DNA of 64,000 nucleotides from Candidatus Poribacteria bacterium (GTDB taxonomy: Bacteria > Poribacteria > WGA-4E > WGA-3G). The notes under the pieces were generated by a model. It saw only the letters and a program-made list of their open reading frames with translations, had not been told where the DNA came from and did no database searches. The translations under genes were made by a program, and so were the position numbers. Shown here one piece after another: positions 40,217 to 50,863 of the stretch (within the stretch, counting starts at the first letter, position 1; each line of letters starts with the position of its first letter). Location of the stretch: assembly GCA_963663765.2 (NCBI GenBank), contig CAXXUA010000005.1:384001-448000 (forward strand). The letters are read 5' to 3'.

Positions 40217-40897
40217 ATGCAATTTGAACAACTCCATTCATGGGATGTTAGTATTGATGAAGCGAAGCAGATTCAAGGTGAGTTGCGCGAACGGGTAGTC
40301 CGGTTAGAACGGTTTGATAAAATCAGAACAGTCGCGGGTGTTGATATTGGGATTAGAGACAACATTGCACTTGCTTCTGTGGTAGTCCTAAACTTTCCAG
40401 ATTTACAGATTGTAGATGGTGTCGTTACTGAGAGTAAAGTAAGATTTCCGTATATACCAGGTTACCTATCCTTTCGCGAAATACCACCACTTTTGGTGGC
40501 ATTCGCGCGCCTGCAGACAGAACCTGACCTTGTTATAGTAGATGGTCAAGGCATTGCGCATCCGAGACGATTTGGTTTGGCATCCCATTTAGGATTGGTT
40601 TTGAATAGACCAACGATTGGGTGTGCTAAGTCTCGTTTGTGTGGACAATACACTGAACCTGACAAGGTAAAAGGTGCTTATTCTCCCCTTTTTGACAAAG
40701 ACGAAATAATTGGTACTGTTCTACGAACCCGTACGAACGTTAGTGTCGTTTTCGTATCCATTGGACATAATATTTCACTTGATGCTGCAAGAAAACTGAC
40801 CCTTGCTTGCTGCACGCGTTATCGTTTACCTGAGACAACGCGATATGCTCATAAAGCTGCCTCGGGTAATATCCCCGAAGGAGTGAAGTTTGTTTGA
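40217..40897 (+). CDS. nfi: Endonuclease V (deoxyinosine 3' endonuclease)
   Basis: 'VAGVD', 'FPYIPGYLSFRE', 'VDGQGIAHPRRFGLASHLG', 'IGCAKSRL', 'YRLPETTRYAH'. Confidence 0.97.
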   Translation: MQFEQLHSWDVSIDEAKQIQGELRERVVRLERFDKIRTVAGVDIGIRDNIALASVVVLNFPDLQIVDGVVTESKVRFPYIPGYLSFREIPPLLVAFARLQTEPDLVIVDGQGIAHPRRFGLASHLGLVLNRPTIGCAKSRLCGQYTEPDKVKGAYSPLFDKDEIIGTVLRTRTNVSVVFVSIGHNISLDAARKLTLACCTRYRLPETTRYAHKAASGNIPEGVKFV

Positions 40898-41020
40898 GTT
40901 AGCGGATAATGTTCTTTATATGTATAGTCACAATAGGAATTCTAACTATAAAACAGATAGACTCAATCTTAGCAAGAAAACAATCTCCCAAGAAGTTTGA
41001 AATGAAGGGAATTAACTGAC

Positions 41021-42382
41021 AATCCCAAGCATTTATGCTTGGGTCAAAAAACGTTGACATATATATGTCTTCTATGGTATCCTTATAGGACTGACTCCGT
41101 GATAGGTGTTGACGCACCTATCACACCACGTCAATGGAAGTCAGCACCCTACAAGAGTTAGGTATGCCCTACAAAACACACAAGATTACATTGAATCCGA
41201 ACAACAAACAACGCACATGGTTTGCTCAGCAATGCGGATATGCACGTTTTGCGTATAATCAAGCGTTAGCAGATTTCAAGCGTGGATTAGATAATGACAA
41301 CTTCCAATCGTGGCAAACACTGAACGTCAATTTCAATCAAACGAAAAAGCATTATGATTGGACACGTTCACAAGACCAACGTGCTGCTTTATACGCCATC
41401 AAGAATTTGGGACAAGCAGTTACGAATTGGGTTAACAAACGCACGAAGTTCCCGAAGTTTAAAAAGCGTGGGATTAGGGATACATGGACAACAGACGAAC
41501 AATCTGTGAAAATTGAAGGCAAGAAGGTCCGGTTGCCTAAGGTTGGTTGGGTCAAAATGCGTCAAGCATTGCGTTTTGTAGGGAAGATTATCAGCGTGAC
41601 GATCTCAAGGACAGCACATCGTTGGTTTATATCTATCACTGTAGAAACAGAGGACACCGAAGTCGTTGACAATTCAACGCACCCTGTTATCGGTATAGAT
41701 GTAGGCATCAACACCCTTGCCACCTTGAGTAATGACACGAAATATGAGAATCCAAGACCCTTGAAACGCTATGAGAGAAAACTAAAGAGGGAACAACGCA
41801 AGTTGAGTCGGCGTGTTTTCAAGTCAAAAAACTGGTTCAAGCAGAAACACAAGTTAGAACGTCTCCACTATCGTATCGCTTGTATCCGAAACGATGCACA
41901 CCACAAAGCAACTACAGAGATCGTCAACCTTGCATCTACTATCAGCATTGAGACACTAAAAATAACGAACATGCTAAAGAATAGAAAACTTGCAAAGGCG
42001 TTATCGGATTCAGCGTTAAGCGGGTTTCTCAATAAGCTAAAAACGAAAGCAGATGCTTTCGGAATACCTGTATTACAAGCACCGATATTCTATGCTTCAA
42101 GCAAAACTTGTAGTCGTTGTAGACACAAGAAAGATGATTTGACGCTATCAGAGAGAACTTATCATTGTAATCAATGCGACTATCAAATAGATAGAGACAT
42201 AAATGCTGCAATCAACCTAAGAACCCTCGCTGTCGGATAGACAGAGAGCATAAACGCTTGTGGAGTCCGAATAAGACCTCACGCAGTTCAGGATAGAGGC
42301 ACGAGAGACGGAAGCAGGAATCACACAGAGGAGAGTTATGTGTTTCAAAGAAGCACACGACTTTAGGCGTCGTGAGTATCAC
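41021..42382 (+). mobile_element. TnpB-only IS200/IS605-family element (IS1341-like, no TnpA)
   Basis: Left-end hairpin CCCAAGCA-TTTA-TGCTTGGG (41024-41043) preceded by TGAC; right-end hairpin CACGAC-TTTAGGC-GTCGTG followed by TCAC (42379-42382); no TSD. Confidence 0.65.
41164..42240 (+). CDS. tnpB: RNA-guided endonuclease TnpB
   Basis: N-terminal HTH 'GYARFAYN', RuvC D 'IGIDVG', E 'ISIETL', Zn finger 'CSRC...CNQC', D 'DRDINAAINL'. Confidence 0.93.
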   Translation: MPYKTHKITLNPNNKQRTWFAQQCGYARFAYNQALADFKRGLDNDNFQSWQTLNVNFNQTKKHYDWTRSQDQRAALYAIKNLGQAVTNWVNKRTKFPKFKKRGIRDTWTTDEQSVKIEGKKVRLPKVGWVKMRQALRFVGKIISVTISRTAHRWFISITVETEDTEVVDNSTHPVIGIDVGINTLATLSNDTKYENPRPLKRYERKLKREQRKLSRRVFKSKNWFKQKHKLERLHYRIACIRNDAHHKATTEIVNLASTISIETLKITNMLKNRKLAKALSDSALSGFLNKLKTKADAFGIPVLQAPIFYASSKTCSRCRHKKDDLTLSERTYHCNQCDYQIDRDINAAINLRTLAVG

Positions 42383-42400
42383 GAATGACTGTATTCCATT
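42200..42400 (+). ncRNA. Putative TnpB omegaRNA (reRNA) scaffold plus guide
   Basis: Typical tnpB 3' tail 'AAACGCTTGTGGAG..TAAGACC..GAAGCAGGAA' and right-end hairpin; boundaries inferred. Confidence 0.5.
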
Positions 42401-43187
42401 ACACTGGTCTTTTGACTACAATCATGGTGCACAGAAACCTGACTTTGCACAAGAATTGACCCAATTACTTCATGGGTATATAGACAATTTTTCTAATGTT
42501 GATTTAAACAGAGATGTAGGTGAGAATTATAGTAGGCAGACTTATCAGATTTTACCGAATTTCTGGCGTGGTTATGTAAGACAGAATAACCCAGAAGGCA
42601 CTTCACATATTGGAAAAGTTGTGGTTGAACGTCAGAAACAGAACGGAGATACTTGGCAATATAGTGTCCAATATAAAAACACGACAAACGGTGAGGATAT
42701 AAGACTACATTTCTGTTGTCGTGATGATGTTTACCGTTCACTCATAGAAAGTTGGACTGTTGAAGTAAACAATAGTTGTATTGACCAATATTCAGGTCTT
42801 AAATTGAAAGGATATATTAGCAAAGACTCTGAGATTCGACTTCGTTATAATGATACGGAAATTACGACTGCAACGTTGGCAAACGCTTTACCATTAACAT
42901 GTAATTGGGCACTTTTTGATGTGATTTCCAATATTTCTGAACAGATTAGAAAGTCTGAAAAAAATGAAACGATTGTGCTTCTTGATGACCTTGAGCAATT
43001 CAGACCAAGGAACACTTTTGGATACCTTGAATCTATTGAATTTCCAATTCCACTTGATGGGTATTACCTCCACGGTATAGGTGCATTACCTTCTTATTGG
43101 TGGGTTGACAAAAACAATAATGTTGCAATTGTATCAAGTGTCTTTGAGACGTTGGTTTTGAGAGAGACAGTGGGAGATTCTCCATGA
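42372..43187 (+). CDS. Hypothetical protein (N-terminus overlaps the IS right end)
   Basis: 271-aa ORF coupled to the sulfatase (4-nt overlap); predicted GTG start lies in the element's terminal hairpin. Confidence 0.65.
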   Translation: MSITNDCIPLHWSFDYNHGAQKPDFAQELTQLLHGYIDNFSNVDLNRDVGENYSRQTYQILPNFWRGYVRQNNPEGTSHIGKVVVERQKQNGDTWQYSVQYKNTTNGEDIRLHFCCRDDVYRSLIESWTVEVNNSCIDQYSGLKLKGYISKDSEIRLRYNDTEITTATLANALPLTCNWALFDVISNISEQIRKSEKNETIVLLDDLEQFRPRNTFGYLESIEFPIPLDGYYLHGIGALPSYWWVDKNNNVAIVSSVFETLVLRETVGDSP

Positions 43188-44608
43188 GTGACCGACCAAA
43201 TATCATCTTTATTAACACTGATCAGCACTCTTGGAATGCGATATCTGCATACAATAATCCGTATCTCCAAACACCAAATATTGACTTACTTCATCGCAAT
43301 GGTACATCCTTTAGCAAGTCTTACTGTACTGATCCGGTGTGTGCGGCTGCACGTTCCAGTTGGGCAACAGGCTTATATACATCGGAAACGGGTGTGCCTT
43401 TCAATGGGGGTCATCTTCATGGAAACATCCCAGACATTGGACAGGTGTTGTCTGCTTCAGGTTATAGAGTGTTCCATTGCGGAAAGTGGCATGTGCCTGG
43501 ACGGGATGTACGCGAGAGCTTCGATACTCTGTATTATGGAAGACAAAAAATTGGTGCAGGGGGTGCAGCGTATTTTGATTCTGCTTCTACACATGCCGTA
43601 GCAAACTTTCTAATAAATTACGAAGGTAAGGACCCATTCTATCTGCAAATTGGATACATTGATCCGCATGATGTATGTGAGTATCTGCATAACCATGAGG
43701 AAAAAAGAATTCCTAACCCCGTGGAACAGGGCATACTGAAAGAGGACGATCTACCACCGTTACCTGAGAACTTTCTTTATGATGAACGAGAGACTGTATT
43801 ACATCGTGTCTGTAAACGAATTGACAATCAACTGATTCATGAAAAAATAAAAAAATCTGTTCGGAACTGGGATGAACTTCAGTGGAGATATTTAAGATGG
43901 AGTTATTACCGATTTATTGAGAAGGTAGATGCAGAGATTGGGAGAGTGCTTTCACTGCTCAAACAGACATCATTCTGTGATAAGACCTTGATAGTTTTTA
44001 GTGCTGATCATGGGGAGGCATGTGGTAGTCATCAGTTGTTTCAGAAATTTGACCTATATGAGGAGAGTGTTCGAGTTCCTTTTATTGTATCGTGTTTAGG
44101 TGATAGTGTTGATGTTGGTAAAGAGCACATGAATGAAACACATTTTGTATCTGGAGTTGATTTATTTCCAACTGTATGTGATTATGCTGAGATTGAAATT
44201 CCCAATAGATGCCAAGGAATGAGTATCAGACCCATTGTGGAAGGTAAAGAATCTGCTTGGAGAGAATACGCATTTATTGAGAGTAATTATTGGGGTCGGG
44301 CAATTGTTACTGATGACTATAAATATGTTACGGAATATAAGCCAAAAGAAGCTGAAGATTTTATACCGCCTGGTCCGGACGCTGAGCAACTTGGGCTTGT
44401 TCAGTTGTTTAGCAAACATGATGATCCTTGGGAAACGCAAAATCTTGCTGAAGAACCTGAGTATCAGGAAGTTATCAACTCATGTCGGGATAAACTGCTA
44501 ACACAAGAAAGTCAATTAATCAGACAACCAATTACTAACAAAGGACCGCAAAACGTTATATCTAATTGGGGTAAACGATTGCGCGAGTATTGGGAATATG
44601 AGAATTAA
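43184..44608 (+). CDS. Sulfatase (Cys-type, CxAxR variant)
   Basis: 'RPNIIFINTDQH', 'PVCAAARSSWATG', 'GKWH', 'SADHG', 'YEESVRVP', 'DPWETQNLA'. Confidence 0.92.
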   Translation: MSDRPNIIFINTDQHSWNAISAYNNPYLQTPNIDLLHRNGTSFSKSYCTDPVCAAARSSWATGLYTSETGVPFNGGHLHGNIPDIGQVLSASGYRVFHCGKWHVPGRDVRESFDTLYYGRQKIGAGGAAYFDSASTHAVANFLINYEGKDPFYLQIGYIDPHDVCEYLHNHEEKRIPNPVEQGILKEDDLPPLPENFLYDERETVLHRVCKRIDNQLIHEKIKKSVRNWDELQWRYLRWSYYRFIEKVDAEIGRVLSLLKQTSFCDKTLIVFSADHGEACGSHQLFQKFDLYEESVRVPFIVSCLGDSVDVGKEHMNETHFVSGVDLFPTVCDYAEIEIPNRCQGMSIRPIVEGKESAWREYAFIESNYWGRAIVTDDYKYVTEYKPKEAEDFIPPGPDAEQLGLVQLFSKHDDPWETQNLAEEPEYQEVINSCRDKLLTQESQLIRQPITNKGPQNVISNWGKRLREYWEYEN

Positions 44609-44645
44609 ACTACAGATGCATTAACAAATTAAACAGGATTACAAA

Positions 44646-45854
44646 ATGTCAATATTTTCAAAACGATTGAATCGGTTACCACCTTACATGTTTGGTAAAC
44701 TGAAACAACTAACGTATGAACGACGTCAGCAAGGTATAGATATTATTGATTTGGGGATGGGTAATCCGAATCAACCCACACCCCAACCGATAATTGATAA
44801 GTTGACAGAAGCTGCACAAGAACTCAGAAATCATCGTTATTCCGCATCACGCGGTATCTACAATTTTCGTAGGGAAGTAGGATGGCATTATGAAAGACGT
44901 TATGGTGTAGACATTGACCCAAATGAGGAAGCAATTGCTGTCATCGGTACGAAAGAAGGTCTTGGACATCTTGCTTTAGCTTTGATTGATGAGGGTGACT
45001 TGGCGATGGTACCGAATCCTACCTTTCCTATCCACATGTATAGTATTGTTCTTGCAGGGGGTAGTGTTGTTAGTATCCCACTGATAGAGGAGAATGATTT
45101 TGTGCCCTCTGTTGCTGAGATTACACGTGATATATGGCCCCGACCGAAGGTGCTGATTCTGAGTTTTCCACATAATCCGACTGGTGCGGTGGTGGAGTTA
45201 GATTTCTTTGAAGAGGTTGTTCAGTTTGCTAAACAACAGGATATGATAGTTATCCACGATTTGGCTTATGCTGACATTGTATTTGATGGGTACAAAGCAC
45301 CGAGTTTCCTGCAAGCAAAGGGTGCGAAAGATGTTGGAGTTGAGTTTATATCGCTATCCAAATCCTATAACATGGCGGGGTGGCGATGTGGGTTTGCGGC
45401 TGGTAATCGTGACATCATTGAAGCCCTTGCACGTATAAAAGGATATTATGATTATGGTATCTTTGCTCCCATTCAGATTGCTGCTATAATGGCGTTACGC
45501 ACACCCGATGATGTGGTGATGGAGAACGCTGATGTGTATCGTAGTCGCCGGGATGTTTTGGTTGAAGGGTTAAACCGTATGGGATGGACAGTGTCAAAGC
45601 CGCAAGCGTCAATGTTTGTTTGGGCACCTATCCCTGAAAAATGGAAACATTTGAATTCTTTGGATTTTTCTATGAAACTTCTTAATGAAGCAGAGGTGTG
45701 TGTTTCTCCGGGTGCTGGATTCGGTCATAACGGTGAGGGATATATACGAATTGCTCTTGTAGAGAACGAGGATAGAATTCGTCAAGCATTACGACAGATA
45801 AAACGTGCTTTGTTCGCTGACAGTATTGACAATGTTAAGGAGAATGAGAAGTAA
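44646..45854 (+). CDS. Class I/II aminotransferase (AlaC / LL-DAP aminotransferase-like)
   Basis: 'RLPPYMF', 'DLGMGNP', 'HRYSASRGI', 'FPHNPTG', 'HDLAY', 'SLSKSYNMAGWR', 'RIRQA'. Confidence 0.9.
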   Translation: MSIFSKRLNRLPPYMFGKLKQLTYERRQQGIDIIDLGMGNPNQPTPQPIIDKLTEAAQELRNHRYSASRGIYNFRREVGWHYERRYGVDIDPNEEAIAVIGTKEGLGHLALALIDEGDLAMVPNPTFPIHMYSIVLAGGSVVSIPLIEENDFVPSVAEITRDIWPRPKVLILSFPHNPTGAVVELDFFEEVVQFAKQQDMIVIHDLAYADIVFDGYKAPSFLQAKGAKDVGVEFISLSKSYNMAGWRCGFAAGNRDIIEALARIKGYYDYGIFAPIQIAAIMALRTPDDVVMENADVYRSRRDVLVEGLNRMGWTVSKPQASMFVWAPIPEKWKHLNSLDFSMKLLNEAEVCVSPGAGFGHNGEGYIRIALVENEDRIRQALRQIKRALFADSIDNVKENEK

Positions 45855-45917
45855 AGTTTATGACTTATACAATGGTTTAACGTTCAGAATCGCGGATGAC
45901 GCGGATGATACCTCTTA

Positions 45918-46039
45918 GTAGGAGCGACCTCCTGGTCGCGACCGTGTTTGAATACAGTGTGACCAGTAAATCAACGGTATGAATCATGGCGAATACCATA
46001 CGCGCATTCGCCCAAAGGCATTCCCCAGTTCGCTCCTAC
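45918..46039. repeat. GTAG-type REP doublet with an inserted hairpin module
   Basis: GTAGGAGCGACCTCCTGGTCGCGACC...TCGCTCCTAC enclosing AAATCAACGGTATGAAT...GGCATTCCCC. Confidence 0.7.
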
Positions 46040-46285
46040 GAAATAAAAGAATAGAATACTTACATGACAACCGATATGGCAAATTGTAAAAATGTAACTT
46101 ATTCTCAAATTTCACCAAAAAATGACGAAGACGTTCCTTCAATTAAGTAAATTTCATCAACAAAGAATTCTTAAAACTAAATAGCCCTGGATGTTCTGAA
46201 AATCCCATTGCTTAAAACCTTCCCTTATGCTACAATAGATAACCGAATCAACTAACAGAAATGGAGCAGAAAACAAACAAATTAT

Positions 46286-49200
46286 ATGACATTTCAAGAG
46301 ATAATATTAGCATTAGAGAAGTTTTGGGCAGATCACGGATGTATTATTCAACAACCTTGCGATATAGAAGTCGGAGCAGGTACATTTAACCCCGCAACAT
46401 TTTTGCGATGCCTTGGTCCAGAACCGTGGCAGGTGGCTTATGTAGAACCTGTGCGGCGTCCCACCGATGGCAGATATGCTGAAAACCCCTTCCGCCTCGG
46501 TGCATACTACCAATATCAAGTCATTCTTAAACCAGCACCAGAAAACGTGCTGCCTCTTTATCTTGAGAGTCTTTACCATCTGGGTATCTCTCCCCGCAAA
46601 AACGACATCCGCTTTGTAGAAGATGACTGGGAATCTCCTACACTTGGTGCGTCTGGTCTTGGCTGGGAAGTTTGGTGGAATGGTGCTGAAGTCACACAGT
46701 TCACCTATTTTCAACAGATGGGTAGCATAGAACTTGATCCGATCTGTGCTGAGATTACTTATGGGTTGGAACGTATTGCGCTCTACCATCAGGATGTTGA
46801 CACTTTTTTTGACATCCGTTGGAATGACCACCTGAATTACGGAGATGTCCATCACAGAAGCGAAGTGGAATACTCAACCTACAACTTTGAACATGCGAAT
46901 GTAGATATGCTTTTTGATCAATTTAGTACGTATGAGAAGGAAACGCATGCTTGTTTAGATGCGGGTTTAGTCCTTCCTGCTACTGACCATGTTTTGAAAT
47001 GTTCACACACCTTCAATATGCTTGATGCAAGGGGGGTTATCAGTGTTACAGAACGGGTGAGTTACATTGAACGGGTGCGTCGACTTGCCCAACGTATAGC
47101 ACGTGCTTATGTTACACAACGCGAGGAGATGGGACATCCGCTTATAGGAAGTTTCAGTACAGAATCAACCAACGTAGCATTAGATGTGGCATCTATCATT
47201 ACCGATCCGAGCGAAGATCAGCTGGCAACAGATTTGCTGTTTGAGATCGGTACGGAAGAGATACCCGCGAGTTATGTTCCTCCAGCATTAGAGCAGCTTC
47301 AAGAAATTGTAGCTAAGTCTCTTACAGAGCATCGAATTCCATTCAAAGAACTACAAACTTTAGGCACACCACGACGTATTACACTTGCAATCAAAGATTT
47401 GCAAATCAAGCAGGAAAGCATTGAGACAGAAGTTGTTGGACCACCCAAAAGTATTGCTTATGATGAGAACGGAGAACCGACAAAAGCAGCAATAGGTTTT
47501 GCGAAGACACAAGGTGTAGAAATTTCAGACCTTCGTATCGTTGAAACTGAACGTGGAGAATACATCGCTGCATCCAAACGTGAGGAAGGAAAATCTACAC
47601 ATGAACTGTTGGAAACGCTTTTACCCGAGTGGATTGAAGCACTTCGTTTTCCAAAAACGATGCGATGGGAAATAAATTCTGAAGATTCGCGTGATTTTGC
47701 TCGATTTGCGCGTCCCATTAGGTGGCTTGTGGCACTATTTGGGGATGGAATTGTCAATTGCACTTATGGGAATGCGCACGCAGGAAGAATAACTTTCGGA
47801 CATCGGTCTTTACATCACAATGCAATCACTTTGCTATCAGCTGACTTAGACACATACTTGGAAAAGTTACATGCTGCAGGTGTAATCGTCTGTCATAAGC
47901 AACGTAGAGATACAATAGAAAAGCAGGTCAGAACTATATTAGAAGATGAAGGATGTCTCGCTATAATAGATGAAGAATTGCTTGACACAGTGAACTATCT
48001 TGTAGAAAATCCGCAACCGATTGTCGGTAATTTTAGTGAGTCTCATCTTGAGCTGCCTCCTGAAGTGCTGATTACTGCAATGAAGAAACATCAACGGTAT
48101 TTTCCTATGTGGAAAAGTGAAACTGAACTTGTAGCGAAGTTTATCACGATTTCCAATGGTACAGATGGTAATATTGATGGTGTTCGTCACGGAAATGAAC
48201 GTGTGTTAAACGCACGGTTGGACGATGCGGAGTTCTTTTACAAAGAGGACCAGAAAACGAGTTTATTGGAAAAGGTTGAAAAATTAGGTTCAGTTATATT
48301 TCATGCAAAACTCGGATCACTATTAGATAAAGCAGAACGGCTTCAGTCTTTGGTAAAGTTCATAAGCACAGAATTAGCGTTGTCAGAAACGATTATTCAT
48401 CAGATAGGGCACGCAGCATGGTTATGTAAAGCAGACTTAACCACACAAATGGTCATAGAATTCCCTTCATTGCAGGGAATTATGGGTAGATATTATGCCC
48501 AAAATTCTGGTGAACCCGAACTGGTTGCAAGTGCCATTGCAGAGCATTATCAACCGCTTGGTGCGGATTCACCCTTACCTGAAACCGAAATCGGTGCAGT
48601 GCTTGCGATTGCAGATAAACTTGATACCATAGTGGGTTACTTTGGTATTGAGGAACGTCCAACAGGTTCACAGGACCCATATTCTCTAAGACGGCATGCA
48701 CTCGGTATAATCCGCATTCTTCAGGACAGGGAACTGCCAATCTCAGTTGATAGTGTTCTCAAAAAGGCTAAATCTTTATATGAGGTAGAATTAACAGATG
48801 ATACCGAGGGAAGTGTCCTTAATTTCTTTAGAGATCGTTTGCGCGTGATAATACAGACACTTGGATACACACCAGACATTGCTGATGCGGTGTTAGCTGT
48901 CGGTGAAGTAGACATAGTGGATATACTCAACCGTGCAGAAACGCTTGCTGAATTTCGCTTGACGTCTAATTTCGAAGTAGTATATAATGCACTCAATCGG
49001 GTGTTGAGAATCTTACCTGAAAATGCACCGAAAAAAGTGGATAAAGAATTGCTCAAAGATGACGCTGAAATAGAACTCTACAATCACATTTCAAATTCCA
49101 AATCCAACTTAGAAATAGCAATTCAACAGCATGAGTATATGAAACTGTTGATTTACTTAACAGAACTGCAACCCGTTATAGATCGGTTTTTTGATGACGT

Positions 49201-49318
49201 TCTCGTTATGGCGGAGAATTCGGCTGTACGCTCAAATCGAATAGCTTTGCTAAATTTGATTGCGGGACCTGTCTATGCTGTAGCCGATCTTACGAAATTG
49301 GTAATTGCGGGAGAATAG
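46286..49318 (+). CDS. glyQS: Glycine--tRNA ligase, fused alpha and beta subunits
   Basis: Alpha part '[47 protein letters not shown]'; beta part '[11 protein letters not shown]', 'F.RPIRW', '[17 protein letters not shown]', '[12 protein letters not shown]', 'FFDDVLVMA'; single ORF. Confidence 0.95.
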   Translation: MTFQEIILALEKFWADHGCIIQQPCDIEVGAGTFNPATFLRCLGPEPWQVAYVEPVRRPTDGRYAENPFRLGAYYQYQVILKPAPENVLPLYLESLYHLGISPRKNDIRFVEDDWESPTLGASGLGWEVWWNGAEVTQFTYFQQMGSIELDPICAEITYGLERIALYHQDVDTFFDIRWNDHLNYGDVHHRSEVEYSTYNFEHANVDMLFDQFSTYEKETHACLDAGLVLPATDHVLKCSHTFNMLDARGVISVTERVSYIERVRRLAQRIARAYVTQREEMGHPLIGSFSTESTNVALDVASIITDPSEDQLATDLLFEIGTEEIPASYVPPALEQLQEIVAKSLTEHRIPFKELQTLGTPRRITLAIKDLQIKQESIETEVVGPPKSIAYDENGEPTKAAIGFAKTQGVEISDLRIVETERGEYIAASKREEGKSTHELLETLLPEWIEALRFPKTMRWEINSEDSRDFARFARPIRWLVALFGDGIVNCTYGNAHAGRITFGHRSLHHNAITLLSADLDTYLEKLHAAGVIVCHKQRRDTIEKQVRTILEDEGCLAIIDEELLDTVNYLVENPQPIVGNFSESHLELPPEVLITAMKKHQRYFPMWKSETELVAKFITISNGTDGNIDGVRHGNERVLNARLDDAEFFYKEDQKTSLLEKVEKLGSVIFHAKLGSLLDKAERLQSLVKFISTELALSETIIHQIGHAAWLCKADLTTQMVIEFPSLQGIMGRYYAQNSGEPELVASAIAEHYQPLGADSPLPETEIGAVLAIADKLDTIVGYFGIEERPTGSQDPYSLRRHALGIIRILQDRELPISVDSVLKKAKSLYEVELTDDTEGSVLNFFRDRLRVIIQTLGYTPDIADAVLAVGEVDIVDILNRAETLAEFRLTSNFEVVYNALNRVLRILPENAPKKVDKELLKDDAEIELYNHISNSKSNLEIAIQQHEYMKLLIYLTELQPVIDRFFDDVLVMAENSAVRSNRIALLNLIAGPVYAVADLTKLVIAGE

Positions 49319-49327
49319 TCTCAATTT

Positions 49328-49527
49328 CAGGACTTACGCACCCAACAGTAGGCGCGTTGGAAACCGAAAAAATGCTGAATATTACACCTTTTTCGTCATA
49401 ATTCTTCATCAAATCATGAAAACTGCGTAATACCAAATAAACGGAATTTATCTTTTTCCAACGGTAGGTGCGGTTTCCTAACCGCACACTTAGCAAGACG
49501 AATCACGCTAATTGGGTATAAGTCCTG
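49328..49527. mobile_element. MITE family A copy (extended), 5-bp TSD AATTT
   Basis: CAGGACTTACGCA...TAAGTCCTG flanked by AATTT; contains a nested GGTAGGTGCGGTTTCCTAACCGCAC repeat. Confidence 0.75.
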
Positions 49528-49537
49528 AATTTATATT

Positions 49538-50812
49538 ATGAATATCAAAAAGTATCTCCGTTCTTTAACTGATTATTTTTTCACGGATATTAAGATATTA
49601 AGTTCTTTTGAAAACGCTTTTACTAAGATCGTAGAAAAGAGCAAACCTGCTGTTGTCAGCCTTACCATAGATAAAGGTGAAGAGAAAAAGAACACTACAG
49701 GCTCAGGTTTTATTTTTCGGAAAGATGGTCATATTTTAACGAATGAACATGTAGTGAATGGGGCAAAAAGTATCACGGTAAGATTATTCAATGGTAGTAC
49801 GTTTGAAGCAAACGTTGTTGGGGGCGATCCGAACACTGACATAGCGGTCATAAAAATTGAACGTGACAAAGAGTTTCCGTTTCTCTCAATTGCGGATTCC
49901 AAAAGCGTTAGGGTTGGCCAATTTGCTATTACTATCGGTGATCCGATAGGTTATAGACAAACTGTGACTGCTGGTATTGTTGGAGGTATAGATCGTTGTT
50001 TTCACACGAAAGATTCAAAACTTTTTCAATATCATAATAATTACATCCAAACAGATGCTTGGATTAACCCAGGCAGTAGTGGTGGTCCTTTACTTAATAG
50101 TAAAGGAGAAGTTATAGGTATAACTTCCTTAAACCCGGGAGAGGGATCAACCTTAGCGATTAATAGTGAACTCGCGAAAACAATTGGAGATCAATTGATT
50201 TCGCACGGGAAAGTTATCCGTGGCTACATTGATGCGAAAATGCAAAGTGTATCACAAGGTATCAAAATTACAGAAGTGGAACCTTGCACATCAGCATCCG
50301 AATGTGGTTTAGAAGTTAATGACATTATAGTTGAATTTGATGAGGAACAGGTACCCAAACTTTATGGATTCAGATTGAAGGTTGCGGAGTGCCAGATTGG
50401 CAAGCAATATCCGATCAAAGTGTTACGTAAAGAACAGGAAATCACAATCAATTTGACTATTGATGAGATGCCACCTAAATTAGTAGGTGGTTCTGTGAAA
50501 ACGAAGTCTGTTTCTTGGAAAACGCTTGGTTTATCTGTACGTAATTTAGAAAATGGCATTTATAAAAGATATTCCTACCTAAGTGAGGAAGATAAGGGCA
50601 TAATCGTTGAGAAGGTTAAAAAAGATTCCCCCAGTTTCAATGCGAATATTCCACGTAACGCACTCATCATTGCAATTAATGGACAAGACACTAATGATGT
50701 TCAAACTCTTGAGACGTTTCTACAAGAAAATCAAGACATATCAAATGTGACTCTTGATATTAAAAGTATTCATGGCATTGAAAAGGCAACGGTGGAGTTG
50801 AGTAAAGATTAG
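49538..50812 (+). CDS. HtrA/DegP-like serine protease with two PDZ domains, no signal peptide
   Basis: 'TGSGFIF', 'LTNEHVV', 'TDIAVIKI', 'IQTDAWINPGSSGGPL', PDZ domains. Confidence 0.92.
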   Translation: MNIKKYLRSLTDYFFTDIKILSSFENAFTKIVEKSKPAVVSLTIDKGEEKKNTTGSGFIFRKDGHILTNEHVVNGAKSITVRLFNGSTFEANVVGGDPNTDIAVIKIERDKEFPFLSIADSKSVRVGQFAITIGDPIGYRQTVTAGIVGGIDRCFHTKDSKLFQYHNNYIQTDAWINPGSSGGPLLNSKGEVIGITSLNPGEGSTLAINSELAKTIGDQLISHGKVIRGYIDAKMQSVSQGIKITEVEPCTSASECGLEVNDIIVEFDEEQVPKLYGFRLKVAECQIGKQYPIKVLRKEQEITINLTIDEMPPKLVGGSVKTKSVSWKTLGLSVRNLENGIYKRYSYLSEEDKGIIVEKVKKDSPSFNANIPRNALIIAINGQDTNDVQTLETFLQENQDISNVTLDIKSIHGIEKATVELSKD

Positions 50813-50863
50813 GTTATAGTGGAAGTCTGTAAAAGTCTTATATTTCTGATACCTTGATTTCTG

